DNA of 64,000 nucleotides from Heterodontus francisci (lineage: Eukaryota). Numbering within the stretch: position 1 is the stretch's first letter; each line of letters starts with the position of its first letter. Below, one piece after another: positions 1-12,658 of this stretch. The position numbers and the translations under genes were made by a program. Under the pieces are notes generated by a model. The model was not told where the DNA came from, searched no databases, and saw nothing but the letters and a program-made list of their open reading frames with translations. The stretch spans positions 57,934,559 to 57,998,558 of the forward strand of contig NC_090376.1 of the NCBI RefSeq assembly GCF_036365525.1. The letters run 5' to 3'.

Positions 1-899
1 AGATGTGGTTATCCCGAAGCTTAAGAATGTGCAGGCAGAGAGGGAATGGGTGACCTCCAGGCAGTAAAGGAGGACCAGGCAGGCAGTGCAGGAGTCCCCT
101 GAGTTGATCTCGATCTCAAACCAGTCTTAACTTCTAAATACTGGTGAGAGTGATGGCTCCTCTGGGGAGTGCAGCCAGAGCCAAGTCCATGGCACCATGG
201 CTGGCTCAGCTGTACAGGGGGGCAGAAGGAAGTTTGGGAAAGCATTAGTGATAAGGAATTCTATAGCTAGGGGAAACAGACAGGCTTTTCTGTGGCTGCA
301 GATGCAAATCCAGGATGGTATATTGCCTCCCTGGTGTCAGGGTCCAGGATGTTACTGAGCAGCTGCAGAGCACTCTGAGGGGGGGGGAGGAGAATGAACA
401 GCCAGTGGTTGTGGTCCATATTAGTACCGACATAGGCAGAAAGAGGGATGAGGTCCTGCAGACAGATTTTGGGGAAGTAGGAAAGAAACTAGCAAGCAGA
501 ACCTCAAAGGTAATAATCTCTGGATTACTTCCAGTGCCATGCGCTAGTGAGTATAGAAATAGGAGGATACAGCAGATGAATGCATGGCTAGAGAGATATT
601 ACAGGAGAGGCAGCTTTAGAATTCTAGGGCATTGGGACTGATTCTGGAGAAGATGGGACCTGTACAGGCCAGATAGTTTGCATCTGAAAAGAGCCGGGAA
701 TAATGTCCTTATGGGGTGATTTTGGGGACAGTTTAAGCTAACTTGGCAGGGGGATGGGAACCAGGATTTAACATTAGAGAGGAAAAATAAGGTGAACAAA
801 GAATTGGGAGAGACAAATAGCACTAGGGTAGGAAATGGTAAGATATTAGATGGGATCAGAGTAAGAGGGAATGTAATAATTTCTAAATTAGGTTGAATA

Positions 900-3800
900 A
901 AAACGTTAAAAATGAGGTTAGTCTAAGATATGGCAGAGCAGGTTGTGTATCTGGACTGCAGAATGTGAGATTTTGCGCAGGGTGAGACTGTCCCAACCAA
1001 ATATGTTTGCAGGAGATCTCTCCCTTTCGACTCTCTCTGGCTCAGAATCATTGAGGTGGATGCGAGTTAGAGAGACTCCAACACATAAAGAAGGGAGGAA
1101 TTTCTGGACAGTTATATCCAGAATACAGTCACACCCCAGAGGAAAACACAGATTTGGGAAAGGAAGCTTGTGACTGTTAGGGAGTTGGGAAGTGGGGATT
1201 AAGGAGAGGTTGAGAAGGAGGTCCCCCAGGCATTGGTCCTGTCCAATCGGTACGCTGTACATGCTACCTGTTAGGAAAAGGAGAAAGACTGCAGGGAGGA
1301 CACCGTGACTCACAGGCTGTTTAAGGTGGTGGTGGGGTGGGGGTGGGGGGGAGCAGAATAGTGGCAGTAATAGGAGACTCTGTAATTAGGGGCATAAATA
1401 TCGTCCTCTTCAGCCAAGAGTGAGAATCCCGAAGGGCATGTTGTCTACCTGATGCCAGCCAGGATAAGGGATATCTCACGGCGACTGGAGAAAAACTTGA
1501 AAAGGTGAGGGGAGTAAATCCAGTTGTTGTGGTCGATGTTGGAACAAACGACATAGACAGCAACAGGGAGGAGGTCCTGCTGAAAGAGTATCAGGAAGGA
1601 GGCTCTAAATTAAAAAGCAGGACCTCGAGGGTAAGTGTCTCTGGATTATTGCTCGAGCCAAGTGCAAATTTGCATAGGAGCAGACAGATCAAGGGAATTA
1701 ACACATGGCTAAAGGGCTGATGTGGGAAAGAGGGATTCCTTTTCATGGGACTCAAGATCCACCTGAACCGGGATGAGGGGACCCGTGTCCTAGCAGAAAG
1801 AGTAAATAGGGAGGTGGCGAAGGCTTTAAACGAGTAAGATTGGGGGAGGGATATACAAGAAACGGAAGAAGCCTAAATGTAAACAAAACAGGGAAGGAGA
1901 GCATAGGAAAGAATAACGTAAGGGATAGCTAGGGAATAAATAGAGTTATAGAACAGGAGACTGAAGAGATAGTTAAGCATAAAGTGAAAGGAAATCTTAT
2001 TAAAAATGAGTAAAAATGTCTGTACAGCAATGCACACTGTGTCCATAATAAAACAGGGGAGCTGGAGGCAATTATGCATTGGGAGGAACCAGACATAATA
2101 GGGATTACTGAGACATGGGACTGAATTTTCCGAGCAAATGGGAGGCGGGGCGCCTGGTAAAATAATGATGGAAGGCGTCAGAATGGAAGTCCGATGCCTT
2201 GATTATCAGTTCCGGATTTTCTGAAGGGCGGCCGGCATGGCAGGAGGAACAGCCGCTTCGATGTGGTGGCAAGGTAATTAAGCCTGTTAATCAGAGAATT
2301 GACTCAATTTTTATGGGGCTAATGGAATTTTATAAGGGGCGCATGGGGATCAAGGGACTTCGAAGCTTCACCAGTTATATGGAGACGGTGTTGGGGCAGA
2401 GGTCAAGACTGGTCACAGACAGCCATTGGTGGTGAGAGCCTTGTACTGAGGGAAGGGTGTGACAGCGTGGGCATTGCCATTGACACCCAGGAGCAGTTTA
2501 GAAATATGTTTGGGTGCCAGGGATTGGCTGGCACAGTGCCAATCATCAGGTGGCACACCAGGGACTGTAGGAAGGCTGGGTGGGGAGGCGTGGAGAGTCT
2601 GGGGGAAGAAGGCTTTGTAACCTCTGTGCAGAGACTTGCCATGGGCCTCATCCAGTCAGGCTTCGGGACTTCCTGTGAGGAGGACCATGTGCACGCTGCT
2701 TTCTCCTCCGACGAGGAGCTGGAAGTAGATGACAAGCAGGCGTGAGATGAAGAGGCAGCTCAATGACCGCTACCAAGTCGAGAGGCAAGACACAGAAGGG
2801 AGGCTAGGGAGACATTTCAGTTGAAGCTGCTTGTATGATCTGAGCAATCCAATAAAATGCCAGGTTTCTGCAGCCCTGATGCCTACCGCTTCATTGTACT
2901 CAAAGTATGTCTGCACACAAGACATGACACAGTGTCATGGGGATGGCATTGACCTCATGCACTGTAGTGTCTTCCAGCATTCCCTTTAAGGGAGCCAGGT
3001 GCCTTGAAGGCCAGAGATCGCAAGATAAGTAGAGGTCTAACACTTGTCCTGCCACATTCCATTTTTATTTGGGGCCGTTCCAAATTGTACGTCCCCTTTA
3101 CAATACAAAGTAATCATCTGCGAACCTTGAGTGCAGCTAGGTGCTCAGCTTAAATCTTTTACAGGTGCTACTACGAGATGCTCCCCTGCACCGTCAGATG
3201 AGGTGGAGGCAGGCTGCTGATCCTGCTGCCCTTTTGCGGTCAATGGCCTTGGTGGCCATCCTCTGGATGCCTGAGGCCTGGAGGGCCTTGGCAAACTGAG
3301 AGCCTCCTGCACTGCTGCAGGGCTCACCTCCATCATTGGTCCACTTGAGGTTCAGGGGTCACTGTTGAGGGTCTGAGGGGGCGGCAGCCACTCCAGGCGC
3401 ACCCTGAGAGGAGCCTGAAGTTGCATCAGCCTGCCACTCCTCTTCCCTTTGAAGACACACTTGAACCTTCCTGCTCACCTGAGGTGCTTGAGGACCTGAC
3501 AGTAAATCCATGCGCCTCTCCCCCATCTTGCCCATCCACTGGTCCATGGAACAAATGGAAGTGGCGATGTCATGCAGGTTCGAGTATGTCTCCTGCATCC
3601 ACTAAGTGACCTTCTGCATTTGAGTTGCCAAGCTCTGAATGGAGGAAGCCAAGCTCGCGCACACCAGAGGCAAGGCTTCACTGATGGCCTGGATGGACTC
3701 CTCCATTGCCCACGCCAGGGTGTGCGTAGCCTCTGGCAGCTCCGCCTAATGTCCCCTGACCTCACACTGCAGATCCAGCAGCTGACTCCAGTGGCATGTC

Positions 3801-5230
3801 ATCAACCTGAGGCTCAGCATCGCCCTGGCTTCCCACAGTCCTCCAAGTGTCGGTGTCCTGGGCTGTCACAGACTCTGGCAATTGCTCTGGCGCTTGTGTG
3901 CTGTGCTCACCAGGTTGCGATCCCACATCTAAAGGCATGCGCATACCCACTGAGGTAAGAGCATCTATGCTGGTGGAGGTTGTGGGGGTATGGTGTGATA
4001 TTGTACCCTCTTAGGGCCCCTCCTCCTCCCCAGGAGTGGACGGCTGTCCCCCGGTCACAGCGGGTGGCTGCATGAGAAAGAAGAGTAATTAGTGGGTTGC
4101 AGGAATGCCAATGCACCCTTGAATCTGCCCTTGTTGCAGCGGTTGGTGCCAATAGTGAAGGACAGAGGAGTCCCCATCCGGGCCCAACATCAGGATCTGG
4201 GGCAGGAGGAAAATATTCAGCCCCTGGCTACTGAAAAAACAGGACTGGAAATTAAACATTGCAGTACTTACTAAGGATAATATAATGGCAGTAGAAAAAT
4301 GGATGTAGCTATCTGCAAGACAGCAATAGAATCCATATGAATAGAGATAAAAGATAATAAAGGATCAGTCACACTAATAAGTGTAGTCTGCAGGCCATCT
4401 AATAGTGGAAGTGAGGTGGAGGAAGAAATATGCAGACAAATTATGGAATTGAATAAAAAACAGAGAAATAATCATGGGGGATTTCATCTACCCCAATATT
4501 AATTGGACAGAAGAGATAGGTAAAGGGGATAAGAGAATGGAGTTCCTACGATGTGTACAGGTCTCCTTTCTAACCCAATATGTAAAAAGCCCATCTAGGA
4601 ATTACTCACAATTGGAACGAGTCATGTGGAATGAACCAGAGCAGAAATAAAAGTAGGGAACATCTCGGCAATCGTGACCATGGTATAATATGCTTTAAAA
4701 TAATGATAGAGAAGGACATAAATATGACAAAAACCAGGTTAATCGATTGGAGAAAAGCTGTTTTTGAAGGGCTGAGAATAGAACTTGAGAAATAAAATGG
4801 GCAATCAGCAATGTAGAACGACAATGGGGAACATTTAAAATGGTGTTCAACAGAGTGCATGAAAAATATATTCCGCTAAAAGGAAATAACAAACTAAACA
4901 TTAGTGAGACTCCATGCATGAATAAAGACATGCACGAAGGTTAAGAAAGGGGCATAGATTAAATACATAGACAGTAGAGGAGTGCATGATGAGAGAGATT
5001 ACAATGAGGTTAGGAAAGAAGTCAAAAACAATTAGGAAGACATAAAGGAACTATGAAATTAGATTATCGAGGAAGATAGAAACAAAATAGTAAAATATTT
5101 TGCAGGTTACAATGATAGATTTAGATGAGGAAAGATGGGTGGTGGCTTGAGTGGAGCATAAACACCAGCATGGTCTGGTTGGGCTGAATGGCCTATTTCT
5201 GTGCTGTATATCCTATGTAATCCTTTGTAA
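900..5230 (+). mobile_element. Second degraded CR1 LINE nested in the ORF1/ORF2 linker of the first
   Basis: ORF1 start at ~930 with a CxxCxMW-like motif; esterase 1360-1830 (VIGDS, VGTNDI); endonuclease start PDIIGITETW at ~2090, resuming after 4223; CR1-type 3' tail at ~5135-5230. Boundaries approximate. Confidence 0.7.
2118..4223. mobile_element. Internally deleted Harbinger/PIF-type DNA transposon inserted in the CR1 endonuclease
   Basis: Termini GGACTGAATTTTC ... AATATTCAGCCC. It interrupts CR1 exactly at ETW|L. The 3-bp flanks are ATG/CTG. GC-rich interior with minus-strand remnants resembling the Harbinger accessory gene. Confidence 0.65.
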
Positions 5231-6477
5231 TATTATGTACTGCGCCTGTAAGTGAATACATGGAATGTGGTAAATAAGGTTGTTGAGATGCAGGTGCAGA
5301 TAGCCACATGGAAATATGATGTTGTGTTGATAATGGAGATCTAGTTCATAAAAGGACAGGAGTGGGTACTCCATTTTTCTGGATACAAGGTGATCATGAA
5401 AGATAGGGAGGAAAGAAAGTAGGAGGGGTGGCAGTATTGATTAAGGAGAATATTAATGTGCCAGAGAGAGAGGATGTCCTAGAGGAGTCAAGTACTGAAT
5501 CTATTTGGTTAGAGTTCAGAAATAATGGAGATGCCTTTACACCACTGGGTGTATTCTATAGGCCACCAACCAGCGGGAAAAATATAGACGAACAAACTTG
5601 CAAGGAAATTACAGAGAGAAAATTACAAGAAATGTAGAGTCGTTAGGATGGGAGCTTTATACTATTCCTATCCCAGTCTATATTAGGATAATTAAAGAGC
5701 AGAGCTCATGAAGTGTGTTCAGGGGTATTTTCTAGATCAGTATGTTTCTGGCCTAATGAGGAAGGAGAACAAGTGGATCAAATGTCAGTAAGGGAACATT
5801 TAAGGGACAGTGGTCATAATATTATAAGGTTTAGGATGACTATGGAAAAAGACAAGGAGCAATCCAGAGTAAAAATAATTAATTGGGGGAGGGCCAACTT
5901 CAATGGGGTGAGAATGGATCTGGTCCAGGTAAATTGGAATCAAAGATTGGCAGGAAAAACTGTAACTGAACAATGAGATGCCTTTAAAGAGGAGGTACTT
6001 TGGGTATAGTCGAGGTACATTCCCATGAGGGGGAAAGGTAGGACAAACAAAGCCAGAACCCCCTGGATGGCAAAAGAGATAGAAAGTAAGATGAAGCAGA
6101 AAAAGGGTTCATATGACAGATGATAGTACAAGTGAGAATAAGGCTGAATATGGAAAGTTCAGAGGGAAAGTGGAAAAAGACATAAAAGAAGCAAAGAGAG
6201 AGTATGAGAAGAGACTGGTAGCCAACATAAAGGGAAATCCAAAAGTCTTCTATAGGTGTATAAATAGTAAAAGGGTGGTAAAAGGAGGAGTGGGAACTAT
6301 TAGGGACCAAAAAGGCATTTACACATGGTAGCAGAGGACATGGCTGAGGTACTAAATGAGTACTTTGCATCTGTCTTTACCAAGAAAGAAGATGCTGCCC
6401 AAGTCATAGTGAAAGAGGAGGTAGTTGAGACAATGGATGGGCTAAAAATTGATAAAGAGGAGGTATTAGATAGGCTG

Positions 6478-6577
6478 AAATAAAAACAAGAAATGCTGGA
6501 AATACTCAGCAGGTCTGGCAGCATCTGTGGAGAGAGAAGCAGAGTTAACGTTTCAGGTCAGTGACCCTTCTTATTAT
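6478..6577 (-). mobile_element. 100-bp 3' terminal fragment of a Penelope-like element
   Basis: Matches the Penelope-like 3' ends at ~41980-42070 and ~62740-62830. Perfect 14-bp duplication TATTAGATAGGCTG at 6464-6477 and 6578-6591. Confidence 0.8.
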
Positions 6578-7318
6578 TATTAGATAGGCTGGTTGTACTT
6601 AAAGTTGATAAGTCACCAGGACCAGATGAGAGGGATCTGAGGACACTGAGAGAATTAAGGATAGAAATTGCAGAGGCACTGGCCATAATCTTCCAATCCT
6701 CCTTAGATACAGGGGTGGGGCTAGAAGACAGGAGTATTGCAAATGTTACACCCTTGTTCATAAAAGGGTATAAGGATAAGCCAAGCAACTACAGGCCGGT
6801 GTCAGTGGTGGGAAAGCTTTTAGAAACGATAATTTGGGAAAAAATTAACTGTCACTTGGACAAATATGGATTAATTAAGGAAAGCAAACATGACTTTGTT
6901 AAAGGCAAATCGTGTTTAACTAACTTGCTTGAGTTTTTGATGAGATAACAGAGAGGGTTGATGAGGGTAATGAGGCTAACAAAATGTGTTTGATAAAGTG
7001 CCACGTAACAGGCTTGTCAACAAAATTAAAGCCCGTGGAATAAAAGGGACAGTGGCAGCATGCATACGGAGTTGGCTGAGTGACAAGAAACAGACTAGTT
7101 AGTGGTAAACGGTTGTTTTTCAGACTGAAGGGATCCCCAGGAGCCCTTTTCAGGACCACTGCTTTTTTTGATTTATATTAATGACCTAGACTTAGGTGTG
7201 CAGTTTACAAATTCAAAATTTGCAGATGACACAAAACTTGGAAGTATTGTGAACTATGAGGAGGATAATTATAGACTTCAAGAGAACATAGGCTGGTGGA
7301 ATAGGCAGACACGTGGCA

Positions 7319-8089
7319 AATAACATTCGCGCCACACAAGTGCCAGGCAATGACCATCTCCAACAAGAGAGAATCTAACCATCGCCCCTTGACATTCAAT
7401 GGCATTGCGGTCGCTGAATCCCTTACTATCAACATCCTGGGGGTTATCATTGACCAGAAAATGAACTGGAGTAGCCATATAAATACCGTGGCTACAAGAG
7501 CAGGTCAGAGGCTAGGAATCCTGCAGCGAGTAACTTCACCTCCTGTCTCCCCAAAGCCTGTCCACCATCTACAAGGCACAAATCAGGAGTGTGATGGAAT
7601 ACTCGCCACTTGCTTGGATAGGTGCAGCTCCAACAACACTCAAGAAGCGCGACACCATCCAGGACAAAACAGCCCACTTGATTGGCACTCCATCCACAAA
7701 CATCCCCTCCACCACCAACACACAATGGCAGTAGTGTGTACCATCTACAAGATGCACTGCAGCAATGCTCCTTCAACAGCGCCTTCCAAACCCATGACCT
7801 CTACCACCTAAAAGGACAAGAGCAGCAAATGGTTGGGAACACCACCACCTGTAAGTTTCCCTCCAAGCCACACACCATCCTGACTTGGAACTAGATCGCC
7901 ATTCCTTCACTGTCGCTGGGACAAAATCCTGGAACTCCCTTCCTAACAGCTCTGTGGGTGCACCTACCCCACATGGACTGTAGCGGTTCAAGAAGGCAGC
8001 TCACCACCACCTTCTCAAGGGCAATTAGAGATGGGCAATAAATGCTGGCCTTGTCAGCGATGCCCACATCCCACAAATAAATAAAAAAA
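7319..8089 (+). mobile_element. 5'-truncated copy of the Zenon-like CR1-clade LINE
   Basis: Collinear with 27413-28201 (HKCQAMTISNKRE..., MEYSPLAW); ends GCCCACATCCCA plus an A-rich tail. Confidence 0.85.
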
Positions 8090-9089
8090 GATGAAATTTA
8101 ATGCAGAGAAGTGTGACGTGATACATTTTGTTAGCAAGAGCAAGGAGAAGCAATACAAAATAAAGGGTACAGTTTTAAAGGAGGTGCAAGAGCAGAGGGA
8201 CCTGGTGATATATGTGCACAAATCATTGAAGGTGGCAGGGCAGGTTGAAAAAGTGGCTAATAAAACATGTGGGATCCTGGGCTTTATAAATAGGGGCATA
8301 GAATACAAAAGTAAAGAAGTTATGATGAATCTTTATAAAACATTGGTTCGGCCTCAAATGAGGCATTGTGTCCAATTCTGAGAATCACACTTTAGGAAGG
8401 ATGTGAAGGCATTGGAGAAAAGATTTATAAGAATGGTTCCGGGGATCAGGGACTTCAGTTATGTGCATAGATTAGAGAAGCTGGGACTGTTCTCCTTTGA
8501 GAAGAGAAGATTGAGAGGAAATTTGATAGAGGTGTTCAAAATCATGAGGGGTGTAGACAGAGTCGGTAGAAAGAAACTGTTCCCATTTGCGGAAGGGTCA
8601 AAAACAGCTTTATGAAGATTTGCTCATTTGAGAAGAATAAGACAGGGTAAGCAATTCCGTTTTATTGAACTGGTAATTAAAGTCCAGCAAATGTGTTTAC
8701 CAGCTTAGAAATGCGTATGATTGACAATTATAGCAGCTGGATTGAAATGAACACATAATAATCTTGTTTATATTTCTTTCCAACAAATTTGAAGAATTCA
8801 TTAATTTTTAATGACCTTGCAGAGAGCTGAATAAATGGAATATAGCATTTAGCAGGTGTGTGATAAAATATTTTCTCTGACTTGACTCTGCAGTGAATTA
8901 GATCAGTTATACATTGCCCTTTTTACTTTCATGTCCAGAAACCATTGCCAACATAGGCATTCGTGGTTTTTTTTTTAAAGAAAAAGCATTAATGATACAA
9001 TTTAAAGTAAAAAGCAAACAAATCAACATAAAGGGGAATTACAGAGCTCTCACCTTTACATTTTCAGCCATCTGATCAGTGCCAAAACT

Positions 9090-9912
9090 GGGCTGAACTT
9101 TATAAGGCGGCGAAGAAAATGGCAGCCCGCCTGCCAAGGAGCTACCGTGATTCCAAGCACGGTGGCTCATTTAAATAGCCAGGGTGGGCTGTCACCCCGC
9201 CCACCCCACGGTCACGTGGAGGGGGCGGGCTGTCCGACCCCAGCAATGGCGCCAGCTGCCTGTGCGCAGGCGCTGATGCCATTTTTAAAGGGCTGTCAAC
9301 CCGAATGGGTACTTTAAATATTTAAAGCGATATGGAATTGAAATAAATAAAAACATCTATTTTGCCCCTCTCCCACCCCCCCAAAAACAATTAAATTAAT
9401 TATTTGCCATTCCCCGCCCCAAAACACTTACTTTTACCATCTGACCTTCCCCCCCACCCTGACCAACTGCACAAACTTTAAACTATAATCCTTCCCACCA
9501 TCCCCTACACCCATGACATTAATTTGACCCCGTCTCCCCCCTTCCCTCCACACTGAGAAACGTACCTCCTTCCTCTCCCCACCAGTGCTGCGCCTCGTTT
9601 CCCCGGACGGGGATCCGAAGGTGCGGCAGTGCTGGCCGCCTCGGTGAAGATTGTGGCAGAACATCGGGATGCGGCGGGAGAGTAATTAACTCATGTATTT
9701 TAATTTATTTAAGTATTTAAATTGCAGTCCCGTCGCCGAGTGGGAGGGGCAGGGGTCGCCACGAGGCATCTCCACCACTGGTAATATCAGGCTGGGCCTT
9801 GCCGGGCTCAAGGTCCATGGCGGGCCTCATCCAGGGCCATCTTCAGGCACCACCACCCCTCCCCCCCACCCGTCATGAATCATGTCGTCAAAGACTCCTT
9901 AAACTCCAGCCC
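9090..9912. mobile_element. Harbinger-type MITE
   Basis: Inverted termini GGGCTGAACTTTA / TAAACTCCAGCCC; flanks ACT/ATT. The interior shares blocks with 34845-35694 (ATTTAAATAG, TTTTTAAAGGGCT, CCACCACYGGTAATAT). Confidence 0.7.
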
Positions 9913-10965
9913 ATTTGTCTGACAATAACCTTGTTGCCCTCGTGTGCCATTTTCAGCTCCAGTGCTATTTGTCCTTATGATATGTACAGGAGTTTGCTGA
10001 ATCAGTATCCAATTGATGAGCAGTTTTATGCTGCACTCATGTCCATTGGGAGTGCCAATTCATTCACTGAAACTCATTTAAATCTTTAACATGTAGCAGA
10101 AATAGAAGATATTCTCATTCCTGGATTCAAGCACGGTGAATAAACCTATTATTTCAACTTTTAATTTTTCTAATTTATTATACTGATTACCTATAAATGA
10201 AACTGTCATACTGTCTATCATTGTTTCATTGATTTTACAGCTTTGTTGACGTATTAAAGTACATTTTATGAGAGCTTTTTTTCACTTAGAATCAATGATG
10301 TCTGGCCACAATGAGCCTGTTGCTATATAATCTTATTTTTTTCCTTTCTGACACTGATTGACTCACTGTACATTTCTAGCATTTTTTATTTGTAATTTAG
10401 ATTTCCAACATTCACTTTTTTTCTCCTTATAGAATCCAAGGTTGAGCAAAATATAGTCAATATAAAAATTTTGACACTATGTGATAAAGTGGGCAAAATT
10501 TCCATTCAACAATGTCGTATATTTTTGTGTATCAGTACAAGTAATTGGTTTTCTGATAAATGAACACAATGACTATTGTTCCAATAGTTCGCTTCTAATG
10601 CTCTGTTTAAAGTGATTTCTTTTTATTTCTTTTATGTATATGTGTGTGTATATATAAAATGCGAATTTTTCCATCATATTTTAATGGTCCATTTCCTTGC
10701 ATTGTACCTTCTAAATGTCATCGACATTTCAGTTTACAAAAGCAGTTTTGCTACCTGTAGCAGAAAAAGAAGAATCCTTCTCTCCACAGAGGATAAATGG
10801 AGAGTAGGTATAAAATTTCTGTTTCTGTTTCTCTGTCTAATCTTAGAAATGCTACCATGGTAACAGTGGTGCTGCAGTGTTTTGGCAGAACTGAACTGTG
10901 GCGTTCGATATTTCTTTAATAGAAATGGTTTTGTTCAGATGATTTCTCATTGACAGGAATATGGG

Positions 10966-11145
10966 GGTAGAAATTCATCTTGGGCAGCAACACAAAATGG
11001 CGATATCGCATTGACCGTCTGTTATATTCACTGCCCCATATTGATTTCCATTGGTATCAGTGCAACTTAATATTGGGCTGAGCATATACGGGCAGCCGAT
11101 GCAATGCCACCCATCTCGCGCAGCCACTCCATATACGCTTCTACC
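10966..11145. repeat. Imperfect ~180-bp palindrome (fold-back MITE-like)
   Basis: Ends GGTAGAA / TTCTACC; internal arms ATATCGCATTGACCGTCTGTTATAT vs ATATACGGGCAGCCGATGCAATGC and GCCCCATATTGA vs TAATATTGGGC. Confidence 0.55.
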
Positions 11146-12019
11146 TGATTAGTTTTGTAAAGCCTTTTTAAAAGAAGTTAGACCTGCTGGATCCTGATCA
11201 GGCCCAAAGCACATAAAATTCTTTATACTCACCAAAGAAATTTGAACACTACCATTCTTAAATGCCTCTTTGTCTCTTGTTAAAACTCTTTGATCTTAAA
11301 CATTATGCTAAGATGTTTCTGAAGCTATGGCAGAAGAAAGGGTTCATTATTTTTAGAAAAAGGCCTTTGATTTACTCACTAAGAATACAAAATTCAGTTT
11401 TGCAGTACAGCTTTGCAGCTGTCTTATTGATTCTTGTTATAATGATGAGACTGAAAATGACTGGAAGTTTGTCTTCTCATTCCCATGAAAAACTTAAAGT
11501 GACACAAAGGAGGACATTAGAATATGAGAATTGTTTACAAATCAGAGATGTCAATATGTTCATTCAGAAACATCCAAATTAAAGTTTGGCATGGAGCTCT
11601 AGAGATATAGTAGGGAGGAATCCCCTTCATAGAACCCAATATGGCACGTGGCGCACATACTGCCCACTATATTGGGAGTATAGTATGTTGGTTAGCAACC
11701 AAAAAAAGAGAGAAGCTGCACGGTCAAATTTCTAAGCCACAGTTTCTGAGGTGCCCCATGTATCAAGAGATTATCAAGAGATCTCAAGGGATAAAGCTAT
11801 TTTAGATCCAGTATTGTGCATCGAATCAGGTTTAATTAGTAATCTCAGAGTAAAAGATCTTCTGGGAAATAATGATCATAATACAATTGAATTTCATATT
11901 AAATTTGAAAATGACATACAATAGGCCCAAACAAGAATCGTGAATTTAAACAAAGCCAATTACATAGGTATGAGGGGAGAGCTGGCTCAGGTTGATTGGG
12001 TAAATAGACTAAAAGATAT

Positions 12020-12658
12020 TAGAATTAGAATTAGAATTAGAATTAGAACATTACAGCGCAGTACAGGCCCTTCGGTCGTCGATGTTGCGCCGACCTGTGA
12101 AACCATCTGACCTACACTATTCCATTTTCATCCATATGTCTATCCAATGACCACTTAAATGCCCTTAAAGTTGGCGAGTCTACTACTGTTGCAGGCAGGG
12201 CGTTCCACGCCCCTACTACTCTCTGAGTAAAGAAACTACCTCTAACATCTGTCCTATATCTATCACCCCTCAACTTAAAGCTATGTCCCCTCGTGTTTGC
12301 CATCACCATCCGAGGAAAAAGACTCTCACTATCCACCCTATCTAACCCACTGATTATCTTATATGTCTCTATTAAGTCACCTCTCCTTCTCCTTCTCTCC
12401 AACGAAAACAACCTCAAGTCCCTCAGCCTTTCCTCGTAAGACCTTCCCTCCGTACCAGGCAACATCCTAGTAAATCTCCTCTGCACCCTTTCCAAAGCTT
12501 CCACATCCTTCCTATAATGCGGTGACCAGAACTGCACGCAATACTCCAGGTGCGGTCTCACCAGAGTTTTGTACAGCTGCAGCATGACCTCGTGGCTCCG
12601 AAACTCGATCCCCCTACTAATAAAAGCTAACACACCATATGCCTTCTTAACAGCCCTA
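12020..12658 (-). mobile_element. Young 5'-truncated CR1 (same family as 18531-22461)
   Basis: ORF 12112..12756 C-terminus is nearly identical to that of ORF 19816..22386; (TTCTAA)n tail; ATAT at 12016-12019 and 12659-12662. Confidence 0.92.

Larger units (their letters stand above)
1..8612 (+). mobile_element. Degraded CR1 LINE (host element), present as 1-~897 and ~5232-8612 and split by nested insertions
   Basis: ORF 315..641 is a CR1 ORF1 SGNH-esterase piece (CLPGVRVQDV...VVVHISTDIG...VIISGLLPVP). Endonuclease remnants resume at ~5240 (GVFYRPP). RT remnants include SNYRPVS, FADDTKLG and LYKTLVRP. Many stops and frameshifts. Confidence 0.85.

Noticed and set aside
10847-10859. 13-nt microexon (TTAG|AAATGCTACCATG|GTAACA)
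   Set aside because: Frame-shifting length, a weak donor and no transcript evidence.
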